NCBI GenBank assembly: GCA_019358915.1
Contig: JAHHIM010000036.1
Location: forward strand, 160,001-224,000
Source: Trichormus sp. ATA11-4-KO1
GTDB lineage: Bacteria > Cyanobacteriota > Cyanobacteriia > Cyanobacteriales > Nostocaceae
Length of the DNA: 64,000 nt
Reading direction: 5' to 3'
Positions 9,292 to 19,749 of the stretch are shown piece after piece; the stretch's first letter is position 1; every line of letters begins with the position of its first letter. Both the position numbers and the translations under genes were made by a program. Under the pieces are notes generated by a model, which saw nothing but the letters and a program-made list of their open reading frames with translations, was not told the origin of the DNA and ran no database searches.

Positions 9292-9984
9292 ATGTTTTAC
9301 CACAAAAAAGAACCTATTCATGCTGTAAATATTGTTGAATCTGACCCTCGTTTTGCTCAATTACTTCTTGAGCAGTTTGGCGGTGCAACTGGAGAACTCT
9401 CAGCAGCTTTACAATATTGGGTACAATCCTTTCATGTAGAAAATGCGGGGATTCGTGACATGCTCCAAGATATTGCCATGGAGGAATTTAGTCACCTAGA
9501 GATGGTTGGTAAACTCATCGAAGGTCATACCAAAAATGTGGATCAAACAGAGGCATATAAAAGCACTCTCTTTGCAGTCCGAGGTATGGGCCCACACTTT
9601 CTAGATAGTCAAGGTAGTGCTTGGACGGCAAATTACTTGAATGAAGGTGGAGATGTAGTGCGGGATTTAAGAGCTAATATTGCAGCAGAAGCTGGCGCTC
9701 GTCAGACTTACGAAGAATTAATTAAGCTAGCAACTGATCAAGGAACAAAAGAGACCTTAGTTCATCTTTTAACACGAGAAATCTCTCATACACAAATGTT
9801 TATGAAGGCTCTCGATTCATTGGGTAAATTGACAGACCCACTCTTTGGCAATATTCAGCCTGATGAAACTGTTGCTCTCTATTACAACCTATCTACCGAT
9901 GGCAATGGTAAAGATGAACGTGGCCCTTGGAATTCTGAGCCATCATTTACATACATTGCTAATCCCCTGGAAAATCATTCCTAA
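9292..9984 (+). CDS. katB: Manganese catalase
   Basis: EQFGGATGEL, EEFSHLEM, NIAAEAGAR and REISH motifs; closely resembles Anabaena KatB. Confidence 0.93.
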   Translation: MFYHKKEPIHAVNIVESDPRFAQLLLEQFGGATGELSAALQYWVQSFHVENAGIRDMLQDIAMEEFSHLEMVGKLIEGHTKNVDQTEAYKSTLFAVRGMGPHFLDSQGSAWTANYLNEGGDVVRDLRANIAAEAGARQTYEELIKLATDQGTKETLVHLLTREISHTQMFMKALDSLGKLTDPLFGNIQPDETVALYYNLSTDGNGKDERGPWNSEPSFTYIANPLENHS

Positions 9985-10275
9985 CTAAAATATGCCTCGG
10001 CTAGAGGTTCAGCCAAAACTACATTTTTGTGCAAAATCTTCATACTCAATCAAGCATCATGCCTATTTGTGAGTAGTATAAGCGTAGGCGATCGCCAAAC
10101 TTATTTCCATGCACCTGTCCTGTAAACAACAATTGATGCTGTGTATCCAGATGTCATCAAACACAATCTCAACAGCCTTGTTGACTATTTGCTAGTTAAA
10201 ATTTAAGTTCCTAATAATGTCTCCGGTAAGTTGAGAACAGCGATACACTGGGAAATATTCTTTGAGGAAGCATTA

Positions 10276-10668
10276 ATGGCACGGTCAAACGGGGTAAAAA
10301 CTGAAGCATCTGCACAAGAATTGCCTATAGTGTCAGACATTCAAGATACGGTAGAAATTGAAGAACAGGATGAATTAGTGGCGGATGTGCAAGATATTGA
10401 CAGCATTTTGAACTCACTCAAAACTTTACTGAGTAGTGTAGAAAAGCTGCAAAAAATTCGGCAGGAAGTGGGTGACATCAAACCTTTGATTGGGCGGATG
10501 CTGGATGGAGAACTACTTGCTGGAGATGAGCTTGAGCAACTCAAAACAGGCGTGAGTGGTCTTTCTCGCCTCACTCGTGCTTATAGCGACCATCAAGCAG
10601 CCTTAGCTAAAGCACAACCTGCCAGAAACCTCCTAGACCAAGTATTGAAGGAAAGTAAAACTAACTAA
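10276..10668 (+). CDS. Hypothetical helical protein
   Basis: ATG at 10276 follows GAGGAAG; 130 aa, coiled-coil-like. Confidence 0.75.
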   Translation: MARSNGVKTEASAQELPIVSDIQDTVEIEEQDELVADVQDIDSILNSLKTLLSSVEKLQKIRQEVGDIKPLIGRMLDGELLAGDELEQLKTGVSGLSRLTRAYSDHQAALAKAQPARNLLDQVLKESKTN

Positions 10669-11028
10669 TTCAAAACCACTTCAAGTCAAGAGGTGGAAAG
10701 CGTTGCAAAACAGAGTAGAAACTCAACTGGTCAAAATTTTTGTTTCCTTGCTGCTGAAGCTCGACTTTATCCATTTTTTTTGCAACGCGGTAAGCGCAGC
10801 TATATGCTTCCAAAGCTTCAGTTTGCTTTGATTTTCTGGTACATATTAATTTTTGGGAGAATTCTCTCAAAAATTAGCATATTAACCCGATTATTGATAG
10901 CTGTTGCTCTATAAATATATCTTTGGGTTGACAGATCGACTGATTGTAACTGTACATATGGCTGGAGTGGCAAACGTCGAGACTTATGCTAAATACATCA
11001 TGAGTATGGAATTTTACGCATGTGATTG

Positions 11029-12069
11029 CTACAGTTTATTCAAACCAGCAGAACGACGATACAGTAACCAGATAAATAAAGGTGAACCTAGTAAGGCAGT
11101 AACAGAACCTACTGGTAATTCCACTGCTCCTAGTCTAGAAAGTAAATCTGCAAAGGTGAGTAGCCAAGCACCCGCTAGCGCTGAAAGTGGTAAAACAAAA
11201 CGGTGATCTGTACCGACGATGAGGCGGACACCGTGAGGTACAACCAAACCAACAAACCCAATTAAACCACAGATACTAACTGCACCCGCCGCTAATAAAG
11301 TGGCAACACCACCAATTAATAGGCGCGATCGCGTTAACGAAACTCCCAAACCTACAGCTAAATCATCTCCCAAGGCCAGCACGTTTACTGATCGCGCCAG
11401 TAGCCATCCCCCCAGTAAGGCGACAAGAATATAAGGGCCAGCTGTAGAAATTTCTCGCCAACCCCTGCCATTTAAGCTCCCAACTAGCCAACTCAAAGCA
11501 ATTTGAATTTGACCATCTTCAGCTAATAGAAGTAATGTAGTTTGCACTGCACCCAATAAAGAACTCACTGCAACCCCGCCTAAAATCAACCGTTCCACCG
11601 AAATTCCCGACCCAGCACGACCAAGCAAAATGACAATAGCTGAAGTTAAAATTGCGCCTATCCATGCAGCTAAAGGAATCGCTATCGGGAATACTTGCAA
11701 AACGATCATCACAATCACAATCAGTCCTGCACCGGCGGAAATCCCTAAAATAAATGGGTCAGCCAGGCTATTGCGTAACATTCCTTGCAATAGCGCGCCT
11801 GACATTCCCAAGGCTGCACCAACGATCAGCGCAGCGACAATACGCGGGAGACGCAAATCCCAGACTATTGTTTGTTTGATGGGATCGCCTTTGTGGAGCA
11901 TCGCCTGCCAAAATTCCGAGACGGTTAAGGGTACTGCTCCTTGAGACAGAGAAAGCACTAAAGTTATTAATAGTCCCGTACTCAAGAGCAAAACAGCCCA
12001 GAGTATACGGTGTTTGGTAAAAGTGGCTGGCGATAGTATTTTCATTACATAAGATATGTACTCAGACAA
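11029..12069 (-). CDS. FecCD/BtuC family iron-chelate or cobalamin ABC permease
   Basis: LRLPRI, RNSLADPFILGISAGA, LALGDD.A..LG and IGFVGLVVPH motifs. Confidence 0.93.
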   Translation of the reverse strand: MSEYISYVMKILSPATFTKHRILWAVLLLSTGLLITLVLSLSQGAVPLTVSEFWQAMLHKGDPIKQTIVWDLRLPRIVAALIVGAALGMSGALLQGMLRNSLADPFILGISAGAGLIVIVMIVLQVFPIAIPLAAWIGAILTSAIVILLGRAGSGISVERLILGGVAVSSLLGAVQTTLLLLAEDGQIQIALSWLVGSLNGRGWREISTAGPYILVALLGGWLLARSVNVLALGDDLAVGLGVSLTRSRLLIGGVATLLAAGAVSICGLIGFVGLVVPHGVRLIVGTDHRFVLPLSALAGAWLLTFADLLSRLGAVELPVGSVTALLGSPLFIWLLYRRSAGLNKL

Positions 12070-12110
12070 AATTAACTATACGCATTAATTTCCCTGTCCC
12101 CTGTTCCCTA

Positions 12111-12890
12111 TCACATATATCTTGTCAGTTGAACTCGATAACGATCTTTTTTAGTAACTGCAATTTCCCCGACTTCTAAACGTCCCTTACTACGAATAGC
12201 GATTAAGTCGCCTGATTTCACCTGAAAACTAGATTGACTGACTTCTTTCCAATTAACACGGACATCACCACCATCGATTAAATTAACCATTTTGCTGCGG
12301 GACATACTAAACCCAGCCGAGGCGATCGCATCTAACCGCAAAGACGCTTCTACTGTAGTTAATTCTTTTTTCTTGGGTTCCCGAATCTTTAACTCGGTGA
12401 TTTCAATCGGCTGGGTTTTCACCTGCACTGATCGCACTTGTTGCAGACTCATGGCTAAAAATTCCGCCAATTCTGGAGCGACAATCGCCTGCGCTCCCCG
12501 TTCTCCCAGAACAATGATATCTCCTGTCTTTTCGCGAACAATTCCCGTTCCCAGCATTGCGCCTAAAAAGTCGCGGTGAGTGGCGGTATCAAAGAGAAAA
12601 TTACCAGCAATTTCCAGGGCGACAAGGGCGACTTGAGATTGATCTAGGGGAATTTCTGCACGAGCGATCGCTATTCTTTGGCGTTCTGCTTGGGGATAGC
12701 CACCCCACATCACCAATTGCACTTCTGTCAACCGATTGAACACTCGCTGAATTTCTGCCAACTCTGGCGGAGATAGGAAATCTGTCAAAACTACTTCCCA
12801 AGTTTTAATCGCTTGCTCTGCTTGATCAATTACACGAGCTACACTATCTCGATTTTCAACACCCTTTAATAGTTCTTCTCTTGGCAACAT
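12111..12890 (-). CDS. Photosystem II-associated S4-domain protein (YlmH/Sll1252 family)
   Basis: HRDFLGA and SLRLDAIASAGF motifs; C-terminal S4 domain. Confidence 0.92.
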   Translation of the reverse strand: MLPREELLKGVENRDSVARVIDQAEQAIKTWEVVLTDFLSPPELAEIQRVFNRLTEVQLVMWGGYPQAERQRIAIARAEIPLDQSQVALVALEIAGNFLFDTATHRDFLGAMLGTGIVREKTGDIIVLGERGAQAIVAPELAEFLAMSLQQVRSVQVKTQPIEITELKIREPKKKELTTVEASLRLDAIASAGFSMSRSKMVNLIDGGDVRVNWKEVSQSSFQVKSGDLIAIRSKGRLEVGEIAVTKKDRYRVQLTRYM

Positions 12891-12940
12891 TCTCAAAAAT
12901 TATTAGTTATTTTTTAACTCAAAGTTAAAAACTTATCATG

Positions 12941-13471
12941 CTAAATCTGTCTTGATTCTAATTTTAGTTCCCATTTCCAGATATTTTCATTTCTATCAAT
13001 TTGTTGCATTCCCAGTTTTTCTAAAATGCGAATCGAAGCAGCATGATCATCAGGGGAATGAGAGATAATTCTTTTCAGTTCCGGCTGAGTAAAGGCAAAA
13101 TCAACCAAGGCTTGAATTGCTTCAAATCCATATCCCTGTTGGCGATAAGTCGATAGCACTTCATAACCCATTTCTACAGTTCCTTGCTCATCGGGTTTGC
13201 CACCAAATCCCAAATCACCAATCAGGGTAGCATCATCAATATGAATCATTAGCCACACACCCCAACCTAGCTGGGATGGATCATCTATCAGCATCTGAGC
13301 ATAAACTGGTAAAAAATCTAACACCTCAGAGGCATACCATTCATCAGGAACCCTGACTCCTAAAAGCTTTTCTACTTGTAATTTATTCTTTGCCGTAGCA
13401 GCTTCAGCCACCTCCAAAGAACAGGGCAGTAATTCAAGGCGGTGTGTTGTAATTTGTAAAGAATAGTTCAT
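12941..13471 (-). CDS. RimJ/RimL-type GNAT N-acetyltransferase
   Basis: ITTHRLEL, VEMGYEV, QQGYGFEA and SIRILEKLGM motifs. Confidence 0.88.
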   Translation of the reverse strand: MNYSLQITTHRLELLPCSLEVAEAATAKNKLQVEKLLGVRVPDEWYASEVLDFLPVYAQMLIDDPSQLGWGVWLMIHIDDATLIGDLGFGGKPDEQGTVEMGYEVLSTYRQQGYGFEAIQALVDFAFTQPELKRIISHSPDDHAASIRILEKLGMQQIDRNENIWKWELKLESRQI

Positions 13472-13474
13472 TAA

Positions 13475-13981
13475 CTAAACGCTAGTTGTGTCAGCATAAC
13501 CCTGGATATTTTCTGGCTCGAATTTACGTAATATGCGTGTTGCTTGCCGACTAATGGCTTCAGAAACCTGAACGACAAGGATGTATTTGCCCATGTCTAG
13601 GCGGTTGCGGTAGGGTAGAGCATCGCCACTACCCACAACTAAGCCAATTCCGCCACCGACAACCACACTACCCATAGCACCACTACCAGCGCCCAGTAGT
13701 CCCCCAACAATATGATTACCAATTTCACCTGCCCAAGCAAAAGTATCTAGACCTGTGATCAGACTAAAGGTAAAGCCTGCAAAAAAGCCGAATGGTACTA
13801 GCCAGAATGCCATGAGCTGTGCTTGCTTTTTGGCTTGCTCTTTGGGGTCAATCAAGCCAAACTCGTCAGCAGTTTTATAACCTTTACCCAGGATAGTACT
13901 GTTAATGCCCTCTTTTTCTAAAGCTAAGTAAGCGGCTTCGGCTTGGATGCGGTCTGGCAATACGGCAACAAGGTAATTCAT
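13475..13981 (-). CDS. Conserved membrane hypothetical protein (glycine-zipper-like)
   Basis: Two hydrophobic Gly-rich segments; 3 bp upstream of the GNAT gene. Confidence 0.8.
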   Translation of the reverse strand: MNYLVAVLPDRIQAEAAYLALEKEGINSTILGKGYKTADEFGLIDPKEQAKKQAQLMAFWLVPFGFFAGFTFSLITGLDTFAWAGEIGNHIVGGLLGAGSGAMGSVVVGGGIGLVVGSGDALPYRNRLDMGKYILVVQVSEAISRQATRILRKFEPENIQGYADTTSV

Positions 13982-14101
13982 TGATTAAATAACAGTTGTT
14001 TGATAAAAGTTCTTAATTAACAGCTTATCAGTGTAGGGTGAATCAATCTTGTACCTAATTTCTCTCTTGGTTTTCACTCAGGAAAAAAGCACTTTTTTCT
14101 A

Positions 14102-14479
14102 TCACTTTAGCGAATCTAGCGGCTCACAAAAATTATTTACGCCTTGTTTGAGAATATATATTAAAACTGGCGTTGCCAAAATTTTAGGAAATGTCGGCAT
14201 TGTTTTGAGATGTTCCATCATCCTCACAAAAGAGTTATTGAGTAAATCTTCCCGATATTCTTGTTCACAAATGACAGCACGCCATTTTCTAGCCAAAGCA
14301 TCTAACCATTCTGAATTAGTCATTCCTGGTTCCTGTCCCGCCCGGATAGCCAGTGTCATTGCTGCATCTTCTAAATCTCCGTCACAATCCTCAATTAAGT
14401 CCAGCGCTTCCATCGCTCTGGGGTCATCTGCTAATTGAGAACGAAACAGGGCAATTTCTTGCGATGTAACTGTGGTCAT
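14102..14479 (-). CDS. Conserved hypothetical protein
   Basis: 125-aa ORF (ALDLIEDCDGDLEDAA). Confidence 0.78.
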   Translation of the reverse strand: MTTVTSQEIALFRSQLADDPRAMEALDLIEDCDGDLEDAAMTLAIRAGQEPGMTNSEWLDALARKWRAVICEQEYREDLLNNSFVRMMEHLKTMPTFPKILATPVLIYILKQGVNNFCEPLDSLK

Positions 14480-14553
14480 AGGGTCTTGATCAGCTGAGAA
14501 TTCAAATACTTAGCTATGGTAGTCCAATTTTGAATGTTGATTTGGTGTGTTAT

Positions 14554-15639
14554 TTATCTAGCAAGAGTTACTCTTAGCCTGTGACTAACCAACTCAGTTG
14601 CCAACTGGATTGCGGCTTTCATACTTGTAGCATCAGCAATTCCCTGACCGGCAATATCAAAAGCTGTGCCATGATCTGGTGAGGTACGCACAAACGGCAA
14701 ACCAATAGAAGTATTAACGGCGCGGTCAAAGGCCATCAGTTTCACGGGAATTAAGCCTTGGTCGTGGTAAAGCGCCAAATACGCATCGGCGGGATTTTGC
14801 ACAGGCGAATTACTATACCAAGCTTGACCAGGCTTAACCCACATTGTATCTGGTGGTATTGGCCCATCTAGCTGTAAATTCGGGCGATTTTGTCGTTCTT
14901 GTTCTAACCAAGAAATTAACCAATCTTGTTCTTCATGTCCTAGTTGTCCCTGTTCGCCACTGTGGGGATTCAAACCCGCGATCGCAATTCTGGCGTTTTC
15001 TAACCCAAAATCTTGCTCTAAACACTCTACCAACAAATCTAATTTTTTCGTCAACAACTGCGGTGTCAGTGTGTCTGCTACTTGACGTAGGGGAATATGT
15101 GTGGTAACCAGTAAAGTGCGGAGTATCCAACCAGTATGAGGCGATCGCGCTACAAATAACATGCCAAAGCGGTCAACACCAGATTTTTGAGCTAAAAGTT
15201 CCGTTTGTCCTGGATAATGATATCCTGCGGCTTTCCAAGCAGATTTAGCGATGGGGCCTGTCACAATACCATCAAATTCACCAGCCAGTGTTTGGGCGAT
15301 CGCACATTCCATGTAGGCAAAACTAGCCGCACCACTCGCCGCATTACCCGTACCAATGAGTATTTGACTGGCAATTTCTCTATCTACTGGCACATCAATA
15401 ATTTGCAGATGATCTGAATTTGCTAAATTCTCAGACAAATTTAGCTGTTGATAAGTCTTTAGCAGTAGGTCTCTATTACCTACCACTGTCAAGTTACAGT
15501 TTTGACTAACGGCTGGATCTGCTATAGCCTTTAAAATGACTTCTGTCCCAATTCCCGCCGGATCTCCCAGTGTTAGCGCCAAGCGTGGGCGATGTGATAG
15601 ATGTGAATTTACTAGCTGGTGATGATTAAGTTGATACAT
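14554..15639 (-). CDS. pdxA: 4-hydroxythreonine-4-phosphate dehydrogenase
   Basis: [25 protein letters not shown] and [14 protein letters not shown] motifs. Confidence 0.97.
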   Translation of the reverse strand: MYQLNHHQLVNSHLSHRPRLALTLGDPAGIGTEVILKAIADPAVSQNCNLTVVGNRDLLLKTYQQLNLSENLANSDHLQIIDVPVDREIASQILIGTGNAASGAASFAYMECAIAQTLAGEFDGIVTGPIAKSAWKAAGYHYPGQTELLAQKSGVDRFGMLFVARSPHTGWILRTLLVTTHIPLRQVADTLTPQLLTKKLDLLVECLEQDFGLENARIAIAGLNPHSGEQGQLGHEEQDWLISWLEQERQNRPNLQLDGPIPPDTMWVKPGQAWYSNSPVQNPADAYLALYHDQGLIPVKLMAFDRAVNTSIGLPFVRTSPDHGTAFDIAGQGIADATSMKAAIQLATELVSHRLRVTLAR

Positions 15640-15907
15640 ATTTGTCAGGCTGCTCCCATATTCCTAGTTTAGGGATTAGCCATAAAACTAGTTTAGAATT
15701 ATTTACACAGGTCTAATCCAAAAGTAGCCGTTGTAGAGCTTCTGGTAGAGCTATTTTACCTGAGTCTGCCTCAGGCACTTGGTAGACATGAAACCAATTC
15801 GCAATTCGCAATTCGCAATTGAATGAAACAGCCCCATATCCAGGAAATCTCAAGGGCAACCTTTAAAATGACCTTAAGTTAACTATTCGCAAAGGAGAAT
15901 CACACCA

Positions 15908-16012
15908 ATGGGCGGCGAAATTTTAAATGCAGCTCTGTTGTCTTTCGGTTTAATCTTCGTGGGTTGGGCCTTAGGTGCTTTGTTACTGAAAATTCAGGGT
16001 GCAGAGGAATAA
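15908..16012 (+). CDS. petM: Cytochrome b6f subunit VII (absent from the ORF track because of its size)
   Basis: [43 protein letters not shown]. Confidence 0.95.
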   Translation: MGGEILNAALLSFGLIFVGWALGALLLKIQGAEE

Positions 16013-16122
16013 TTTCTCTGACTTGAAAGTGCTTTTCTAAGTGCTGAGTAAAAATCCCAGTTCTTAGTTCCCAGTCCCTCTTTCATAACTTAGCTGTGAA
16101 ACTCGTTTTATCGAGTTTGTCT

Positions 16123-16162
16123 GGAAAAATAGCGTGTCCGTTTTCCGGACAACGCTTTTTCC
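16123..16162. terminator. Strong hairpin downstream of petM (probable intrinsic terminator)
   Basis: GGAAAAATAGCGTGTCCG-TTTT-CCGGACAACGCTTTTTCC. Confidence 0.6.
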
Positions 16163-16272
16163 CATAGGTTCTCTGTATCAATTGAGTTCATTAAAAAAAA
16201 GTAAACTTTTGTTTACAGAGATAATTCTGTTAAGATTCTTTTCATAAAACTTAAAAATTTATTACTACCCTC

Positions 16273-17277
16273 ATGACTTTATTAATCGTCGGTGCCACTG
16301 GCACCTTAGGAAGACAAGTGGCTCGTCGTGCTATCGATGAGGGGTATAAGGTGCGCTGTCTTGTCCGGAGTACCAAAAAAGCTGCCTTTCTCAAAGAATG
16401 GGGTGCAGAATTAGTCCGAGGAGATTTGTGTAACCCCCAAAGTCTCACAGAAGCGCTAGCAGGTGTCACCGCAGTCATCGATGCTGCGACATCTCGTGCT
16501 ACTGATTCACTGACTATTAAACAAGTAGACTGGGATGGTCAGGTGGCATTAATTCAAGCGGCGAAAACTGCTGGTGTAGAGCGTTTTATATTCTTTTCTA
16601 TTCTTGATGCCGAGAAGTATCCACAAGTACCACTGATGGAAATTAAGCGGTGTACAGAATTATTTTTAGCTGAGTCTGGCATAAATTATACAATTCTACG
16701 TTTAGCTGGCTTTATGCAAGGCTTAATCGGTCAATATGGCATACCCATTTTAGAAAACCAACCAGTGTGGGTGACTGGTAATTCTTCGCCTATTGCCTAT
16801 ATGGACACTCAAGACATTGCTAAGTTTGCTATCCGCTCTTTGAGTGTGCCAGAAACAGAAAAACAAGCTTTCCCTGTAGTGGGAACTCGGGCTTGGAGTG
16901 CAGAAGAAATCATTAGCCTGTGCGAGCGTCTATCTGGTAGAGAAGCCAGAATCACACGCATGCCGATTAACCTACTGCGTACTATCCGCCGCATTATCCG
17001 CTTCTTTCAGTGGGGATGGAACGTTGCCGACAGACTGGAGTTTACAGAAGTATTAGCCAGTGGTAAACCGTTAAATGCTTCAATGGATGAAGTATATCAA
17101 GTCTTTGGATTAGACCAGCAACAAACCACCACTCTCGAAAGCTACCTGCAAGAGTACTTTAGTCGAATTATGAAGAAGCTCAAAGAGCTAGACTACGAGA
17201 AAAATAAATCCAAAAATAAAAATCAGAAACCCAAAAAAACTCCTTTTAAACAGTCTTCCAAAGTCAATAGTCAATAA
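16273..17277 (+). CDS. ycf39: Ycf39-like atypical SDR/NmrA family protein
   Basis: VGATGTLGRQVARRA Rossmann motif; VPLMEIKRCTE. Confidence 0.85.
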   Translation: MTLLIVGATGTLGRQVARRAIDEGYKVRCLVRSTKKAAFLKEWGAELVRGDLCNPQSLTEALAGVTAVIDAATSRATDSLTIKQVDWDGQVALIQAAKTAGVERFIFFSILDAEKYPQVPLMEIKRCTELFLAESGINYTILRLAGFMQGLIGQYGIPILENQPVWVTGNSSPIAYMDTQDIAKFAIRSLSVPETEKQAFPVVGTRAWSAEEIISLCERLSGREARITRMPINLLRTIRRIIRFFQWGWNVADRLEFTEVLASGKPLNASMDEVYQVFGLDQQQTTTLESYLQEYFSRIMKKLKELDYEKNKSKNKNQKPKKTPFKQSSKVNSQ

Positions 17278-17426
17278 AATCATTAGTCATTGGTCATTAG
17301 TTGCTTCCCTCACTCCTCGGAAAAAGATGGAATTCCCACCGATTTTTTTGAGACTAATGACTACATTGTCCAAAATATGTCACGATTACATAAGACAGAG
17401 CATCGCCTAAATTTGGATATTTAAGT

Positions 17427-18344
17427 GTGCCGAAAGCAGGCATTATCTACAATGACGTTAAACCGATAGCGGGTCGCATCGCTATCGAACTAAAAGACAA
17501 GCTAACCGCAGCCGGTTGGAATGTATGTATCACTACGAGTATTGGTGGCATATTGGGCTACTCTAATCCAGAGAGTCCCATCTGCCACACCCCAATTGAA
17601 GGACTAACGCCCCCTGGTTTTGATTCAGAAATGAAGTTTGCCGTGGTACTAGGGGGAGATGGCACTGTTTTAGCAGCGTCGCGTCAAGTAGCCTCCCGTG
17701 GTATCCCACTGCTCACAGTGAATACCGGTCACATGGGATTTTTGACGGAAACTTATCTGAATCAACTGCCTCAAGCCATAGAGCAAGCGATGGCGGGAGA
17801 GTATGAAATCGAAGAACGAGCCATGCTCACCGTCAAAGTATTTCGGGGAGATGCAGTGCTGTGGGAAGCTTTGTGCTTAAACGAAATGGTTTTGCATCGA
17901 GAACCATTAACTTCGATGTGCCATTTTGAAATTGCTGTAGGGCGACATGCGCCAGTAGATATTGCCGCAGATGGTGTAATAGTTTCTACACCAACTGGTT
18001 CTACAGCTTATTCATTGAGTGCTGGTGGGCCAGTAGTGGCTCCTGGGGTACCCGTATTGCAGTTAATACCGATTTGTCCTCATTCCCTGGCTTCGAGAGC
18101 ATTAGTGTTTCCTGATACGGAAACAGTCAACATTTACCCAGTCAATATCCCTCGATTAGTGATGGTGGTAGATGGTAACGGAGGGTGCTATATCTTCCCA
18201 GAGGATCGGGTATATTTAGAGCGATCGCACTACAGTGTCAAATTCATCCGCTTGCAACCACCGGAATTTTTCCGCATTTTACGAGAAAAACTCGGTTGGG
18301 GTCTACCACATATCGCTAAACCTACTTCGGTAGAATTACCTTAA
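17427..18344 (+). CDS. nadK: NAD(+) kinase
   Basis: LGGDGT, GHMGFL, LNE and [20 protein letters not shown] motifs. Confidence 0.96.
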   Translation: MPKAGIIYNDVKPIAGRIAIELKDKLTAAGWNVCITTSIGGILGYSNPESPICHTPIEGLTPPGFDSEMKFAVVLGGDGTVLAASRQVASRGIPLLTVNTGHMGFLTETYLNQLPQAIEQAMAGEYEIEERAMLTVKVFRGDAVLWEALCLNEMVLHREPLTSMCHFEIAVGRHAPVDIAADGVIVSTPTGSTAYSLSAGGPVVAPGVPVLQLIPICPHSLASRALVFPDTETVNIYPVNIPRLVMVVDGNGGCYIFPEDRVYLERSHYSVKFIRLQPPEFFRILREKLGWGLPHIAKPTSVELP

Positions 18345-18619
18345 AAAATGGGCATTGGTGAAAAAATCTTTCTTTTTCCTTGTTTAGTGATTTTCTTCCA
18401 GAATTGCTGGTATAAGGATGGAATTGGGAATTAGTGATTAAACTTGCACCCGAGAACTTAAATGGCTGATTCCCGATCCTACTCAAAAACTTGAGGTAAG
18501 GTATTAATTCAGGATTCGTCCATTAGTAAAAGCCTGTAATTGTTCCTCTAGTTGATTGATAGACTGTTTTAGGAACGTTTAGATAATGCCAAATCCCCAA
18601 TCCAAAATTCCAAATTGTT

Positions 18620-19306
18620 ATGACAGTTGCTCACAGTCCCTGTGTTCTGGTAATTGAAACCGATGAGAGTTTAGCAAGTCAGCTAGCTTTTGATTTGCAA
18701 GAAGCCGGTTATGAGCCGCTTATGGCTCATGATGCCGCAAGCGGTTTGCAATACTGTCGCGATCGCCAGCCTGCTTTAATTGTTGTAGACCGGATGCTCT
18801 CAGGAGAATCAGGACTCTCGTTGTGTAAAAATATCAGAAGTGCGGGAATGTGTGCCCCTGTGCTGGTATTGATGGCAAGGGATACAGTAGATGATCGCGT
18901 AGCCTGTTTAGAAGCTGGGGCTGATGATTACGTCCTCAAGCCTTATCGCCCAGAAGATTTTTTAAAATTGATTCGCCTGTATTTAAAACCTGATGTCGAT
19001 ACTACAGAACAGTTACGCTTTGGGGATTTGGTTTTAGACATAGCTACCCGTCGCGCTATACATAACGGGCGGACAATTGACTTGACCATGAAGGAATTTG
19101 AATTATTAAAGTACTTAATGGAACACCCACGCGAGGTATTAACCCGCGAACAAATTTTGGAAAATGTTTGGGGTTACGACTTTATGGGTGAATCGAATGT
19201 CATAGAAGTGTACATTCGCTACTTACGCCTAAAAATTGAAGATGAAAGTCAAAAGCGTCTCATTCAAACAGTGCGCGGCGTAGGCTACGTATTACGAGAA
19301 TCTTAA
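18620..19306 (+). CDS. nblR: OmpR-family response regulator NblR
   Basis: Atypical receiver (VIETD, LMAR) plus winged helix; typical position downstream of nadK. Confidence 0.85.
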   Translation: MTVAHSPCVLVIETDESLASQLAFDLQEAGYEPLMAHDAASGLQYCRDRQPALIVVDRMLSGESGLSLCKNIRSAGMCAPVLVLMARDTVDDRVACLEAGADDYVLKPYRPEDFLKLIRLYLKPDVDTTEQLRFGDLVLDIATRRAIHNGRTIDLTMKEFELLKYLMEHPREVLTREQILENVWGYDFMGESNVIEVYIRYLRLKIEDESQKRLIQTVRGVGYVLRES

Positions 19307-19326
19307 AATTACGGAAACATCAGGAA

Positions 19327-19707
19327 TTGAATATGGTAGAAGCTAAAAATGTACTAGGCACAAACTTAGAAGCTTGCTGCACTTCTCCCATGACTGGGTA
19401 TTACCGCGACGGATTTTGTAACACTGGTGGTCAAGATTTTGGGATGCACGTTGTTTGCGCCCAAGTGACGCCAGCATTTCTAGAGTTTACTAAATTACAG
19501 GGTAACGACCTTAGCACACCTGTACCCCAATTTAATTTTCCTGGATTGAGTCCAGGCGATCGCTGGTGTTTATGTGCAGCGCGTTGGCAAGAAGCTCTAG
19601 AAGCTGGCGTTGCTCCACCTGTTATACTTTCAGCTACCCACGCCAGAGCCTTGGAGGTTTGCTCTCTAGAGGATTTGCAAAAACACGCTTTGGGGAATAG
19701 GGAATAG
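19327..19707 (+). CDS. DUF2237 family protein
   Basis: NVLG..L..C...PMTGYYRDGFC, GNDLSTP and GDRWCLCAARW motifs. Confidence 0.9.
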   Translation: MNMVEAKNVLGTNLEACCTSPMTGYYRDGFCNTGGQDFGMHVVCAQVTPAFLEFTKLQGNDLSTPVPQFNFPGLSPGDRWCLCAARWQEALEAGVAPPVILSATHARALEVCSLEDLQKHALGNRE

Positions 19708-19749
19708 GAAATGGGGAAATCAAATGTCTCCTTGTCTCCCTCATCTCCC

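Noticed and set aside
10670..11206. Short ORFs of 66, 73 and 100 aa
   Set aside because: They overlap each other or the permease, have weak starts and show no recognisable motifs.
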